DNA of 64,000 nt from an uncultured Candidatus Binatia bacterium (GTDB taxonomy: Bacteria; Desulfobacterota; Binatia; Bin18): positions 992,001 to 1,056,000 of the forward strand of contig OZ243961.1 in assembly GCA_965214605.1 (NCBI GenBank). Reading direction: 5' to 3'. Shown here in pieces: positions 1 to 10,155 of this stretch (position 1 is its first letter; each line of letters starts with the position of its first letter). The notes under the pieces were generated by a model. That model did no database searches. It had not been told where the DNA came from and saw nothing but the letters and a program-made list of their open reading frames with translations. A program made the position numbers and the translations under genes.

Positions 1-277
1 CGGCCAAGTGGAGCAGGATCGCCCCAGACTCAAAGATGGCCAGCGGTTCACCGTCCGGGCCGTCGGGGTCAACAATGGCCGGAATCTTCGAGTTGGGGCA
101 TACCTCCTTGAACTCGTCGCTGAACTGCTCGCCCTCCAGGATATTCACCTTATGCGGCTCATAGGCGAGGCCGAGCTCTTCCAGGGCGATGCTGACCTTC
201 TGGCCATTCGGAGTCGCCAACGAGTACAGTTGGATGCGGTCGGGGTGCTGAATCGGCCATTTGGGCTCTTCGTTCAT
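1..277 (-). CDS. Glutathione S-transferase, YfcG/YghU (Ure2p-like) type; N-terminal part, runs off the window edge
   Basis: Not in the ORF track. Manual minus-strand translation from ATG at 277: MNEEPKWPIQHPDRIQLYSLATPNGQKVSIALEELGLAYE...CPNSKIPAIVDPDGPDGEPLAIFESGAILLHLA. TPNG, KIPAI and FESGAIL are GST N-domain motifs. GAGGA RBS upstream. Confidence 0.9.
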   Translation of the reverse strand, partial: MNEEPKWPIQHPDRIQLYSLATPNGQKVSIALEELGLAYEPHKVNILEGEQFSDEFKEVCPNSKIPAIVDPDGPDGEPLAIFESGAILLHLA

Positions 278-497
278 ACGGTTTTCCTCTCAGGGAGAAA
301 GGTGTTCCAATTATCAAGCCTCCGGCTCTTGATGTCTATGACCGGGCGGCACGCTGAATGGCTCATCTTTTACAAGATCCTGCGCTCCAAGGTCTGTGCC
401 TACAGTCTCGCCCACGGACGGGCTCAGGTCTGAAGACATCTTATCTTAGGCCGGCGCATAGGATACAACACGGCCAACACTACTTGAGGAGGACCCT

Positions 498-1532
498 ATG
501 AGCAATCCAGTGAATCCCCAACTCCGCTTCGGTCTCTGGTACGACTTCCGTAATCCGCCGTCCTGGAAACGGCCGTATGATCAGGTCTATAACGAAATTC
601 TGGACCAGATCATGTGGGGTGAGGAGAATGGCTTTGACGACGTCTGGCTGTCTGAGCACCATTTTATTGAAGACGGCTACTCCCCGGCCCTGATGCCGAT
701 CGCCGCCGCGATTGCGGCTCGAACCACAAAGATTCGGATCGGCACCAGCGTCATGCTGCTGCCCTTTCATAACCCGGTCCGTTTGGCCGAGGACGCGGCC
801 ACGGTTGACGTGATCTCCGGTGGACGCTTGGAACTCGGGGCGGGGGTAGGCTACAAGGTCGAAGAATTCGAGGGCTTTGCCGTATCAAGCAAGGAACGCG
901 GGAGGCGGACCAACGAGTGTCTAGAGATCTTGGCTCGCCTGTGGCAGGGCGAAACCCTCACCTTCACAGGCAAGTACTACGAAGTGAACAACGTCAGGCT
1001 GACACCCGAACCGATTCAAAAACCGCGCCCGCCGCTGTGGGTCGGCGGTTTTACTCCACCCGCTCTACGCCGGGCGGCAAAATATGGCGACGGCTATATC
1101 GGCGTAGGATCGCTCACCGAGCACTACGAGCGCTATGTGGCGGCCCTGGAAGAGCAGGGCAAACCAAGCAGCAATCTGCGCCTGGCCGGCGGCTTCTTCT
1201 GGTTGATCGCGTCCGAAGACCCGGACAAGACCTGGCATGAAGCCGCCGATCATGTGATCTATCAGGTCAACGCCTATGCCGAGTGGTCGGCCAAGGCCGG
1301 CATGCCCCTGTTTGAAACCATTCGAGATCGGGACCACCTACGCGAGCTCGGTTTGCTGCAAGTCGTTGAAGTCGACACCTGTATCAAAATGATCTGTGAC
1401 TATGCGTCTGAAACGCCCCTGACGCACTACTACTCCTGGACGCTACCGCCGGGCTTACCGGCTAGTTGGATCCAGCCCCATTTGGAGTTGTTTGCCAAAA
1501 AGGTCATTCCCGGCGTACGTTCCGGTCGGTAA
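498..1532 (+). CDS. LLM class (luciferase-like) flavin-dependent oxidoreductase
   Basis: GFDDVWLSEHHF, PVRLAEDAATVDVISGGRLELGAGVGY and PxQKPRPPLWVGG motifs. GAGGAGG RBS. Confidence 0.92.
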   Translation: MSNPVNPQLRFGLWYDFRNPPSWKRPYDQVYNEILDQIMWGEENGFDDVWLSEHHFIEDGYSPALMPIAAAIAARTTKIRIGTSVMLLPFHNPVRLAEDAATVDVISGGRLELGAGVGYKVEEFEGFAVSSKERGRRTNECLEILARLWQGETLTFTGKYYEVNNVRLTPEPIQKPRPPLWVGGFTPPALRRAAKYGDGYIGVGSLTEHYERYVAALEEQGKPSSNLRLAGGFFWLIASEDPDKTWHEAADHVIYQVNAYAEWSAKAGMPLFETIRDRDHLRELGLLQVVEVDTCIKMICDYASETPLTHYYSWTLPPGLPASWIQPHLELFAKKVIPGVRSGR

Positions 1533-1560
1533 AATCCACGGATAAGATAAGGAGGGGTCC

Positions 1561-2172
1561 ATGTCCCGTCTGTTGGTGTCGTCCGTTTATGCGCTGGCCG
1601 TTTTTCTCTCACCCTCGCTTGCCCACGGCTCAGAATGGGCGATTGACGGTTCCCATTCCAGCGCCCAGTTTGCGGTCCGCCACTTCATGGTCTCAACCGT
1701 TCGTGGGACGTTTGGGGCGCTGAACGGTTCTGTCTCCCTGAACGAACAGGAGATCACGCAGTCCTCGGTCAGGGCCGAGATTGATGTCGCCTCAATCGAT
1801 ACCCATGAGGCGAAACGGGATGAGCATCTGAGAGGAGCGGATTTCTTTGACGTTGAGAAGCACCCCACGATGCGCTTTGTGTCCAGCAAAATAGAGCAGC
1901 TTGACGACACCCGCTATACCCTGACTGGTGATCTGACCATGAAGGGGATAACAAAACAGGTGGTGTTTGCGGTCGAAGGATCAGCCACACCGATCACCGA
2001 CCCGTGGGGGAATCAACGGCTAGGTGGCGTGGCAACGACAACCATCGACCGGACGGACTTCGGATTGAGCTATAACTCGGTGCTCGAGGCCGGTGGCGTC
2101 ACTATAGGCAATGAAGTAAAGATCACCATTGACTTTGAACTCGTCCCCAGAAAAGACGGCGTCGGGCCCTAG
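1561..2172 (+). CDS. YceI family polyisoprenoid-binding protein with signal peptide
   Basis: WAIDGSHSSAQFAVRH, SIDT...RDEHLRGADFFDVEKHP, GDLTMKG and DPWG motifs. Hydrophobic N-terminus. AGGAGG RBS. Confidence 0.92.
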   Translation: MSRLLVSSVYALAVFLSPSLAHGSEWAIDGSHSSAQFAVRHFMVSTVRGTFGALNGSVSLNEQEITQSSVRAEIDVASIDTHEAKRDEHLRGADFFDVEKHPTMRFVSSKIEQLDDTRYTLTGDLTMKGITKQVVFAVEGSATPITDPWGNQRLGGVATTTIDRTDFGLSYNSVLEAGGVTIGNEVKITIDFELVPRKDGVGP

Positions 2173-3707
2173 CCACCTTCCTCTGACTGCCCCATCAGAT
2201 GGAGGCCGACTAAGAACACGGCAGTCAAGCCGTACATCACGCCAAAGCTCGAGGCAGCCGCGAGGCCAAACACGTTCTGGACCCCGGCCGGCGTGAGGGT
2301 GTAGGCATGAATCACGCCGCTCAGCGATAACACCGCCGCGACGGCGGTCCAGATCGCCGCGCGTAAAAACTCGCGTTCGATGACGAACACCAGAATCGCC
2401 GCCAAGACCATCGAACTCAACAAAAAGCCCTGGCTAAGGGCGATGACACCGTGGATATACAGATCGGCCCCAAATGTCGGCGCGACCTCATAGAGACTTG
2501 AGCCGGCCTTGCGGACGCTGGTCTCAACGACTTGCAGAGCCCAGGCGGCCAGGGCCGGTATGAGTCCCAAAGTCACCGCCAAAGCGTGGCGGGGCGGAAC
2601 GGTTTGAAAAGCCTGGGCGGTTATCATAATCCCAATCCACACCAGGATCCCCAGCGTCACCTCCACAGGCACGATCCGCAGGACGAGCGTCATTCCACCG
2701 GTCAGACACAGCACGGCCACCACGATCCCGTTGATCATTGAGTAGGCCGACCGAGCGCCCATCGCTTTCCAGGCCGGATGACCGATATAAATGGTGGTCG
2801 GAAAGGCGCTCCCGAACAGGGCTGCGATCAGGGTTCCAATTCCGTTGGCCAGCAGACACGGTCGCGTCTCATAGCGGTCCCCTGCCGCCTCAGCGCTCTC
2901 TAAATTTTGCAGCGAGCCAATCACGTTGAACAAGCCCATGGGGACGATGACCGACAGGTACTGCCAGCCTTCCCCACTGCTCAGGAGAGCAAACAGATCG
3001 GCCGGAACGGGCTGCGGGAGATGCACGCCGAAGGTATAGGTGTCTGGCGGTGGTTCGAACACAGACCAGCCAAAGGCGCGCAATATCCAGGCCAATCCGA
3101 CACCGGTCAGGACAGCCACGAGTCCGCCCGGCAGGCCGAGGGGCAGGGTCTTGCGAGAGGCATAGCTGACCAAAATGATCAACATCGGCAGCAGTGCGAT
3201 GGCTGGGGAGGCGAAGATCTGAAAAACAAATCCCATCGCAATAAAGGTGATGGCAATACCGGCCAGCGCGGCCAGCAAAGCCGCCCGGGGGGTATGGCGG
3301 CGCAGCCAATCGCCGACAAAAGCGCCCCCTATTTCCAGAATCCCGCTCAGAAAACACGCAAAGAGTCCGGCCTGCCAGGCCAAGACGGGATTCTTGGTGT
3401 GCTGGTAGATTGGTCCCATAATCAGAAAAAAATAGGCAAACACACTCGGGGTATTAATCCCGTAGGGCAGCGCCGTGACATCGTCCCGCCCGGTGCGTTG
3501 CATCACCTGTCGGGCTTGCCAAGCGTAAAAGGCATTGCCAAACAAGACCGACAAAGCCGCCCCGGGCAAGATCTGGCCGGTGACCAGTCCAGACGGAAAG
3601 CCACACACTGCGACTCCCAGCACGACGATCAGCATGAGCTGGATCAGGTTATCAATAAACAATCCAAAGAAGCCGTCGATATCACCACGCACAATCCGCA
3701 TAGGCAT
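2169..3707 (-). CDS. NCS2/AzgA-like permease (nucleobase:cation symporter family)
   Basis: Polytopic membrane protein with GDIDGFFGLFIDNL, TALPYGINTP and FPTTIYIGHPAWK motifs. Confidence 0.8.
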   Translation of the reverse strand: MPMRIVRGDIDGFFGLFIDNLIQLMLIVVLGVAVCGFPSGLVTGQILPGAALSVLFGNAFYAWQARQVMQRTGRDDVTALPYGINTPSVFAYFFLIMGPIYQHTKNPVLAWQAGLFACFLSGILEIGGAFVGDWLRRHTPRAALLAALAGIAITFIAMGFVFQIFASPAIALLPMLIILVSYASRKTLPLGLPGGLVAVLTGVGLAWILRAFGWSVFEPPPDTYTFGVHLPQPVPADLFALLSSGEGWQYLSVIVPMGLFNVIGSLQNLESAEAAGDRYETRPCLLANGIGTLIAALFGSAFPTTIYIGHPAWKAMGARSAYSMINGIVVAVLCLTGGMTLVLRIVPVEVTLGILVWIGIMITAQAFQTVPPRHALAVTLGLIPALAAWALQVVETSVRKAGSSLYEVAPTFGADLYIHGVIALSQGFLLSSMVLAAILVFVIEREFLRAAIWTAVAAVLSLSGVIHAYTLTPAGVQNVFGLAAASSFGVMYGLTAVFLVGLHLMGQSEEGG

Positions 3708-3740
3708 GAGCCTAGTTGTAAGGACATTCGCATACTTTTT

Positions 3741-5525
3741 CTAGCGTGAGGCCGGGGGACGCTCCGCATCTGGACGGTAGCGGAGCAAGACAAAAGCCCA
3801 CGGCCGACCTAATTTCTCGATAGGCTCTTCCTGCCAGTGGCCGTGCCGATAGCCCAGGATTTCGGTCTTCCGCTGGATTGGGACGAGATAACAGCCCGCA
3901 GCCACAGTTGCAGGCGGCCGATAGGGTGGCCACCAGAGGTCACGGACCCGAACGGCTTGCTGGATATGAAAAAGCGCTGCCACATCCGGGTCTTGGGCGG
4001 TCGTCAGCGGCTGGATCACATACACGAGACCGTGCCCGTGGACGTGCCGTACGACCTGGTCGACCACGGCCTGGGGAAATCGTGCTCGGCTCTCAACCAT
4101 CAGCCAGGAGGGCTGTATGAATCCATGAAAGATGACTAGGCCAGCGACGGCAAAGCCGAAAGCCTGGGCTAGCCACGCCCGCTGGAGCGTCAACAAGACT
4201 CCGCCGACTGCCAACCCAAACGCCGTCCAGACGCTTAGCCCGAGCCCGAGCTGGCCGTTCAGCCACTGACAGTACTGGAGCGGCTGGACAGCGGTCCGGT
4301 GGGAAAACACGGCCAAAGCTAGACGGCAGGCGGTTTGGTCATCAGACTGGCTGGAGAACAGAATAGACAGGCCGAGGCCCATGACTATCAGCTGTGCCAC
4401 ACCGACCAGCTGTATCAGAGGACGCCACCACGACCAGTCTCGGCACCGGGCCGCAAGCTTGGCCGTGGAGGTCGAGAACCACCAGGCGACTAACAGGGCT
4501 GCCGGCGGAAACATCGGAAGGAGGTAGCGGGCCCGTTTATAGGCGGCGAGATGAAAAAAAACGGCAAGCGTTGTCCACCACAGTGCCACAAAAACTGGTC
4601 CGTCTTGCCGGGATCGAAACGCCTGCCATAGCGCAATAGGTAAGAACACACTCCACGGTGCGAAACGCAAAAAGATCACATCCAGGTAGTAGAACGGGGA
4701 CATGACATCAATGCTGCCAAAAAAGCGCCCCAGATTCTCTTCTGTAATCTGGGTAGACCAAAAGTGGTGGGGCTGCCACCAGACCGCCCCGGCGTACCAA
4801 CCAAGGCCTAAAACCAGCACGAGCAGGACTGGTCCGGCTGTGCACAGCAACCGAAAAGGGGTGAGTTCACGCCGCCATACGGCAAAGGCGAGGAGCGGCA
4901 TTCCGACCAGGATCGCCCCGAGGGGTCCTTTGCTGAACACGGCTCCAAGGAGGCTAAGGGCAAAGCCGTACGGGACAAGCGGGAGCCAGACGGCCGACCG
5001 ATCTTGGCGCGGCGCGGTGTAGGTATGGGCCAGAAAAAACAGGCCGAGACTCAGGCTGACAAAAAAACAGAAGGCCATGTCAGGCCGAGCCATACGCGCG
5101 TATTCAACGTACAGAGGAGCGGTGAGCAGCATGAACGCTGCCAGCCACCCTGTCGTAGGGCTGGCCATCAGCCGCCCCACCCAGACAAGCGTGAACACTC
5201 CGCAGCCAGCCAACAGAGCCGATGGCAGGCGCACGGATAGCGCGTCCACTCCCCCATCCCGCAGCCAGACCACGGTTGATCCAAGCCAGTAGAAGAGCGG
5301 AGGTTTGCGAACGCTGGGAAAAAGCCAGTGCCCCACTCCCCGGTCGTCTGCCGAAACAAAAGCGGACAGCCGCAGACCGTCCTGGGCCTCGTTGAATCCG
5401 ACGATGTCAAAAAAACACAGCGGCACGATAAAGAGGCCGATGCTTAGCAACACGAGGGCAACAGGATAAGTGATGGGCGTGAGACGTGGCATAGCGTTGG
5501 GCTGACCGGCGGGGCACTGGCCCAT
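3741..5525 (-). CDS. GT-C fold glycosyltransferase (ArnT/PMT-like, GT39/83)
   Basis: RKPPLFYWL, SVRLPSALL, ARMARPDM, SKGPLG, PFYYL and KRARYLLP motifs, with many TM helices. Start could be 5492. Confidence 0.85.
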   Translation of the reverse strand: MGQCPAGQPNAMPRLTPITYPVALVLLSIGLFIVPLCFFDIVGFNEAQDGLRLSAFVSADDRGVGHWLFPSVRKPPLFYWLGSTVVWLRDGGVDALSVRLPSALLAGCGVFTLVWVGRLMASPTTGWLAAFMLLTAPLYVEYARMARPDMAFCFFVSLSLGLFFLAHTYTAPRQDRSAVWLPLVPYGFALSLLGAVFSKGPLGAILVGMPLLAFAVWRRELTPFRLLCTAGPVLLVLVLGLGWYAGAVWWQPHHFWSTQITEENLGRFFGSIDVMSPFYYLDVIFLRFAPWSVFLPIALWQAFRSRQDGPVFVALWWTTLAVFFHLAAYKRARYLLPMFPPAALLVAWWFSTSTAKLAARCRDWSWWRPLIQLVGVAQLIVMGLGLSILFSSQSDDQTACRLALAVFSHRTAVQPLQYCQWLNGQLGLGLSVWTAFGLAVGGVLLTLQRAWLAQAFGFAVAGLVIFHGFIQPSWLMVESRARFPQAVVDQVVRHVHGHGLVYVIQPLTTAQDPDVAALFHIQQAVRVRDLWWPPYRPPATVAAGCYLVPIQRKTEILGYRHGHWQEEPIEKLGRPWAFVLLRYRPDAERPPASR

Positions 5526-5579
5526 GGACGGTCCTAGCCTATCTGTCTCCCTCGTTCCAAATCAATTGCCCGTGTCTTG

Positions 5580-5616
5580 TTGACCCCTTGGTCTAACCAT
5601 AGTTATACCAAGGGGT
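5580..5616 (+). promoter_or_regulatory. Palindromic operator overlapping a sigma70-like promoter of the toxin-antitoxin remnant
   Basis: ACCCCTTGGTCTAAC-CATA-GTTATACCAAGGGGT (5583-5616) has 15-bp arms with one mismatch. TTGACC (5580)-N18-TATACC (5604) lies 7 nt before ATG 5617, a leaderless-type layout. Confidence 0.65.
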
Positions 5617-5896
5617 ATGAACACGGCGATTTCGATTTCCGACGACATTTTTTGGCGGGTGAACAGCGGGCCAAACGCCTTAGCCCTTCTCGTAGGGAAC
5701 TGCCGCCGCTTCGACCAGGGTGGTGACCGCCGTGCAGGCCTTCTCTCGTAGGGAGCTACCGCCAACAGCTATATTGCCGTGTCTCGTAAAGATCACCACA
5801 ACCAGGGCGCTCCCGAGCGCTTCAACGCGGTCTATGCACGGGCAGAAGAGCCGTCTGATCTCGGCTCACGAGCTCTCTTTGTCACGGGAAGACTAG
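5617..5896 (+). pseudogene. Frameshifted CopG/ribbon-helix-helix antitoxin (MazE partner)
   Basis: MNTAISISDDIF, frameshift in a T6 run, then LAGEQRAKRLSPSRREL; later ERFNAVYA and ELSLSRED-stop. This fits the MKTAISIPD...SRSEL...LNAVY...EDW antitoxin pattern. Imperfect internal duplication 5685-5707 / 5739-5763. Confidence 0.7.
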
Positions 5897-5898
5897 TA

Positions 5899-6180
5899 GT
5901 GCGACGAGGCGAGATTTGGTTGGCCTCTCTTCCCAAGCCAAGCAGCCCTCTACCCGGCTCCCACCGATCCGTTGTGTTTATCCGATTCGACGTTTTCACC
6001 GCCGGTTGCATTCGGACGGTACTCGCCGCCGTGCCGACCTCATATTTGATGCCTGACCAGGCTCCCGGCAATGTCGTGCTCCCCAAAGAACAGACCGGAC
6101 TCAAGAAGGATTCGGTTCTGAATGTGTCTCACCACACTTGACACGGCATTACTCACCGAACGGAGAGGCAAGAGGAGAAA
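5899..6180 (+). pseudogene. Degenerate PemK/MazF family toxin
   Basis: VRRGEIWLASLPKP...RSVV...TS...[23 protein letters not shown], then a frameshift to [12 protein letters not shown]. The catalytic-region RP motif is eroded and the C-terminal helix is missing. Confidence 0.8.
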
Positions 6181-6184
6181 CCGT

Positions 6185-7360
6185 ATGCCGAAAAAGTCCA
6201 TCCGTGACCTTGATCTTGATGGCAAACGCGTCCTAGTTCGGGTCGATTTTAATGTCCCCTTAGAGCAGGACACTGTCAGCGACGACAGCCGTATCCGGGC
6301 GGCCATGCCGACCCTGGAGTATCTCATCGAACGACGCGCTAAGTTGATCCTGTGTTCCCATTTGGGCCGACCAAAAGGTCGGCCCACCCCCGCCTATAGC
6401 CTGAAACCCACGGCTGAGCGGCTGAGCCAATTGCTCAAGCAGCCGGTCCGGATGGCACCCGACTGCGTCGGTCCGGCGGTGAAAGCTCAGGCTGCGGCCG
6501 TGCAGCCAGGCCAACTGCTCCTGCTCGAAAACCTACGTTTCCATCCAGAGGAAGAGGCCAACGAGGTCACCTTTTGCCAAGAACTCGCCACCCTAGCAGA
6601 CGTGTACGTCAATGACGCCTTTGGCTCGGCCCACCGGACCCACGCGTCAACCGTTGGGGTGACGGCCTTATTGCCGGCGGTCGCCGGATTGCTCATGGAA
6701 CGTGAGCTGAATTTCCTCGGCAAAGCGCTCACCGATCCCAACCGCCCCTTTGTCGCAATTCTCGGTGGTGCAAAGGTGTCGGACAAGATCCGAGTGATCA
6801 AGCGGCTGCTCGACATGGTTGACTGTCTCATCATCGGCGGTGGGATGGCGAACACCTTCCTCAAAGCCCAGGGCAAAGCAGTTGGTCAATCACTGCTTGA
6901 AGCCGATAGGGTCGAGCTTGCCCGGAATCTGCTGCGGCAAGGTGGCAACAAACTGATACTGCCCGAGGACGTTTGTATTGCCGATCGGTTTGACGCTGAG
7001 GCGCAAAAACAGACCGTCAGTGTTGACGCTGTTCCTGATGAGTGGCGGATTCTGGATATTGGTCCCCGCACTCTCATGCGCTTCACGGCGAGCCTGCAAA
7101 ACGCCCGGACTGTGATCTGGAACGGGCCCATGGGCGTATTTGAAATGCCGCCTTTTGCGGTTGGCACGTTTGCCATTGCCCGAGCCCTAGCCAAACTGTC
7201 GCAGGCGACCACGATTATTGGCGGCGGCGATTCCGCGGCCGCAGTCGAGCAGGCCGGTCTTGCCGACCAGATGACGCATATCTCAACCGGCGGCGGAGCA
7301 TCGCTGGAATTCTTGGAGGGCAAACAGCTGCCTGGGGTAGCCGCTCTACAAGATATCTAA
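6185..7360 (+). CDS. pgk: Phosphoglycerate kinase
   Basis: [53 protein letters not shown] and STGGGASLE motifs. Start moved to ATG 6185 after AGGAG. Confidence 0.98.
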   Translation: MPKKSIRDLDLDGKRVLVRVDFNVPLEQDTVSDDSRIRAAMPTLEYLIERRAKLILCSHLGRPKGRPTPAYSLKPTAERLSQLLKQPVRMAPDCVGPAVKAQAAAVQPGQLLLLENLRFHPEEEANEVTFCQELATLADVYVNDAFGSAHRTHASTVGVTALLPAVAGLLMERELNFLGKALTDPNRPFVAILGGAKVSDKIRVIKRLLDMVDCLIIGGGMANTFLKAQGKAVGQSLLEADRVELARNLLRQGGNKLILPEDVCIADRFDAEAQKQTVSVDAVPDEWRILDIGPRTLMRFTASLQNARTVIWNGPMGVFEMPPFAVGTFAIARALAKLSQATTIIGGGDSAAAVEQAGLADQMTHISTGGGASLEFLEGKQLPGVAALQDI

Positions 7361-7384
7361 TACAAGGGTCAGATGCAGGGCGGC

Positions 7385-9115
7385 TCAACCTTGCAGCGGA
7401 GAGGACTTCCCTTGGGAGGAGGGCATCAGACGCAAAGTGCGTAAGCGGTTGAGGGCGGCGGCAATCTCAAAACGTCGCGCTCGAGCTCGGTCGCCGAAGC
7501 CGGGTTGGGTCAGGGCTTCCAAGCCCTCGTGGTCAATACGCGTATCAATCAGGTCAAGGATTTCGGCTAGGCTGCGCCGCCCGTCACACAACCCTCGGGC
7601 GCATTCCAACAAAACATCTGCAATCATCCTACACTGGGCCGGATCAACAAGCTGAAACAGCAGCGAAACCTCAACCTCCTGACTGCCGAACTCAATCGTT
7701 CGGGTCTTTATGCTGCGCACCCGCTCTGTGGTCCTCCCCCGACTGGCGTCCAGACTACGCGGGTCGGGTAGGCGGGCGGCGGCGGGCGGCCACTCTCCGG
7801 GCGGCCGAGGCCCGGCTTGGGGCAGCGCCAGGGCAATCTCCTTGGCCCGGGCCGTGACGTCACGGGGCCGGTACTCGTCCATATGAATCACCCAATCCGC
7901 CACGTCGAGATAGTCACCCGCTCCGCCTACGACCAGAATTGAAGACACCCCACGTTCGGTCCACAGTTGCCGAACGCGGTCGAGATAAGGCGTAATCGGC
8001 TCTTTGTTGCCCGGCACCAAGCGCCGCATCCGAGCGTCTCGAATCATAAAATTGGTTGCGGCCGTATCTTCATCGATCAATAGCGCACTCGCTCCAGCCT
8101 CAAGGGCTTCGACAATGGCCGCCGCCTGCGAGGTACTGCCCGAGGCATCATCGGTGTCAAAGCGGTCTGTTCGGCGACCGAGTGGCAGCACGGTGATAAA
8201 CGGCCGCAGATCGACCCCCCGGACAGAGCGGCCGTCCTCAGCCCGAATATGGACCGCCCCCGCGGTCGTCACACACCGCTCTCGGCCGTCACCCGGAATG
8301 TGGTCATATACCCCATGGGCTAAGGCCGCCAGCAGAGTAGATTTGCCGTGATACCCGCCGCCGGCAATCAGCGTCACCCCGGCCCGAATACCTAGTCCGC
8401 GCAGGAGGCCAGCGTGGGGGGCTTGGAGCTCACAGGCCAAGCCGGGCGGAACCTCAAGCGGCAGTGCTCTGTCGAGCGGTCGATCGTCCGCTCCGCTGTG
8501 CCGTGGCAGGATGCTGCCCTCGGCGACAAAGGCGACCAAGCCGGGCGCCCTGAGCTGTTGCCGTAAGGCCAGCTGATCTTCAACCGTCCGTACGTGGTGA
8601 GCGAGCTCGAGGTGATCCAGACGTGCCAGGACACGATCAAGCGTCTGCGGCAGCCGGCCGGTCAGCAGGGTCGCAGCCTCACGTCCGAGAATCCGGCGCC
8701 CGGCCGCTGGCAGCCCAACATTGAGGCGTAGCCGTAGGCCACCGTCTTGGCCTAGTTTCACCGCCGTTCGCTCCAGGACGTGTTGGCCAACGGGCAGAAT
8801 TTCAAGCAAACCGCTTTTTCCACTCCCCGTTTTGCGGCGCGCGCCTGCGAGTCCCCGCATGATGGCCCGATGCACAAAATCGGCCGCCGCCCGTCGAGTC
8901 TCGACGTCGCGGTAGGCCCATTCGGGGAGAGCAGGGGCCGGGATATCGATACGAATACGGCTCGGCGCAGCAAATGGGTCGCCCTGCACGTGCTCGAACC
9001 TCAGCTGCTGCGATCCCAGCCTATACGTCCGTCCCCGCAAATCCCTGTAAAAGCCATACGGTCGCCCGTCCAGGCGGCTCAATGCAGATGCGAAATCAGC
9101 CCCCAAATTCGCCAT
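7385..9115 (-). CDS. ABC-ATPase domain protein (ABC_ATPase / MRB1590-like), soluble, function unknown
   Basis: HVQGDPFAAPSR, GSGKSG, Walker A GGGYHGKST, HIPGDGRE, RAEDGR, ASGSTSQAA, LLIDEDTAATNFMIRD and RRFEIAAALNRLR motifs. Start moved to MANL at 9115. Confidence 0.9.
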   Translation of the reverse strand: MANLGADFASALSRLDGRPYGFYRDLRGRTYRLGSQQLRFEHVQGDPFAAPSRIRIDIPAPALPEWAYRDVETRRAAADFVHRAIMRGLAGARRKTGSGKSGLLEILPVGQHVLERTAVKLGQDGGLRLRLNVGLPAAGRRILGREAATLLTGRLPQTLDRVLARLDHLELAHHVRTVEDQLALRQQLRAPGLVAFVAEGSILPRHSGADDRPLDRALPLEVPPGLACELQAPHAGLLRGLGIRAGVTLIAGGGYHGKSTLLAALAHGVYDHIPGDGRERCVTTAGAVHIRAEDGRSVRGVDLRPFITVLPLGRRTDRFDTDDASGSTSQAAAIVEALEAGASALLIDEDTAATNFMIRDARMRRLVPGNKEPITPYLDRVRQLWTERGVSSILVVGGAGDYLDVADWVIHMDEYRPRDVTARAKEIALALPQAGPRPPGEWPPAAARLPDPRSLDASRGRTTERVRSIKTRTIEFGSQEVEVSLLFQLVDPAQCRMIADVLLECARGLCDGRRSLAEILDLIDTRIDHEGLEALTQPGFGDRARARRFEIAAALNRLRTLRLMPSSQGKSSPLQG

Positions 9116-9143
9116 GTCCAGCTTCCGCCTCACCCTTGTTGTC

Positions 9144-9830
9144 TCATTCTTTGCGGACACCCATCGAGTGGGCAACGTGCAGGCCAACGAGTCGGGCGAC
9201 CAGGCCAGCAATATACAGCTGACCAACTACTGCCTCCAGAGCGGCTAAATTGCTAGCTGGACGCGAGATGGGGATGATATCACCGTATCCCAGCGTTGTC
9301 AGAGTCACCAGACTAAAATACAGAAACTGCGACAGACGCTGCGCGTCAAGCTGAGCCGTGCTCTCTTGGCCAGCAACAATTTCCGGAAGGCGAAAAGAAC
9401 CAGGCAGGAAAAATTCCAACAAGGAAAAGAGCCAGGTCCAGGTCACCCCGAGCATCAAGTACACGCAGAGTGCGCCGTTGAGGGTATCAGCAGTGACCCT
9501 TTGATCACGCAACACCCGATCGAGAACCGTCGCAGTAGTAAAAGCCAGGAAGAGAAACCCGCACACATGGCCGACACCAAACAGCGCTGGGTTCTGCACC
9601 GCATAGGAGGCCCATCTGCCCATCACCGCCGGCAGGACAAGCACGGCGCCGAGCAGCAGTAAACGCTTTCGGTGGTGCAGCGCATAGACGGCGGCTAGGA
9701 GCATGGCCGACACCAGCACGTCAAGCAGAATCAGGGAGACACGTCCGATAAAGAAGAACGGGGCAAATGGGCTCAGCACATACAGGGCGAGGAGGGTAAT
9801 CAACAGGGTCGTATATTGGCCAAGCAGCAT
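9144..9830 (-). CDS. Potassium channel family protein (Ion_trans_2)
   Basis: YFSLVTLTTLGYGDIIP selectivity filter followed by EAVVGQLY, with multiple TM helices. Start moved to 9830. Confidence 0.9.
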   Translation of the reverse strand: MLLGQYTTLLITLLALYVLSPFAPFFFIGRVSLILLDVLVSAMLLAAVYALHHRKRLLLLGAVLVLPAVMGRWASYAVQNPALFGVGHVCGFLFLAFTTATVLDRVLRDQRVTADTLNGALCVYLMLGVTWTWLFSLLEFFLPGSFRLPEIVAGQESTAQLDAQRLSQFLYFSLVTLTTLGYGDIIPISRPASNLAALEAVVGQLYIAGLVARLVGLHVAHSMGVRKE

Positions 9831-9920
9831 AACCACACCACACAGAAAGTATACAGACCTGCGCTTGCACTTTGCAACAAAATTCTTACAATAGAGTCTT
9901 TCCCTAAGAGGGGAGTTGCG

Positions 9921-10091
9921 ATGCCCGAATCCGACCAACCGCACTCTAGACAGGAAGAACCGGACGACCCGGCCGAGACGCCCCCGTTGACGTCACGCAC
10001 CGTCTTCAGGCTCCAATGGATGACTGTTAGCCGGGCCTTGCTCGGGTCGAGCGTGTTCGTTCCCAAACCGATCGTTCTCACCCGCCTCTGA
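9921..10091 (+). CDS. Small hypothetical protein (56 aa)
   Basis: ATG 9921 preceded by GAGGGGAG. Fills the gap divergent from the channel gene. No recognisable family. Confidence 0.4.
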   Translation: MPESDQPHSRQEEPDDPAETPPLTSRTVFRLQWMTVSRALLGSSVFVPKPIVLTRL

Positions 10092-10155
10092 GATAAGGCC
10101 GACTCGGACTTCCTTCCCCGAGGCCGTATCAGCGGCAAGAGCGTGGAGGGAGTTT

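Noticed and set aside
8-433. 141-aa plus-strand ORF at the window start
   Set aside because: Antisense shadow of the minus-strand GST, which has clear family motifs.
6122-6184. N-terminal extension of Pgk in the ORF track
   Set aside because: It is the frameshifted tail of the MazF remnant. Pgk homology and the RBS point to ATG 6185.
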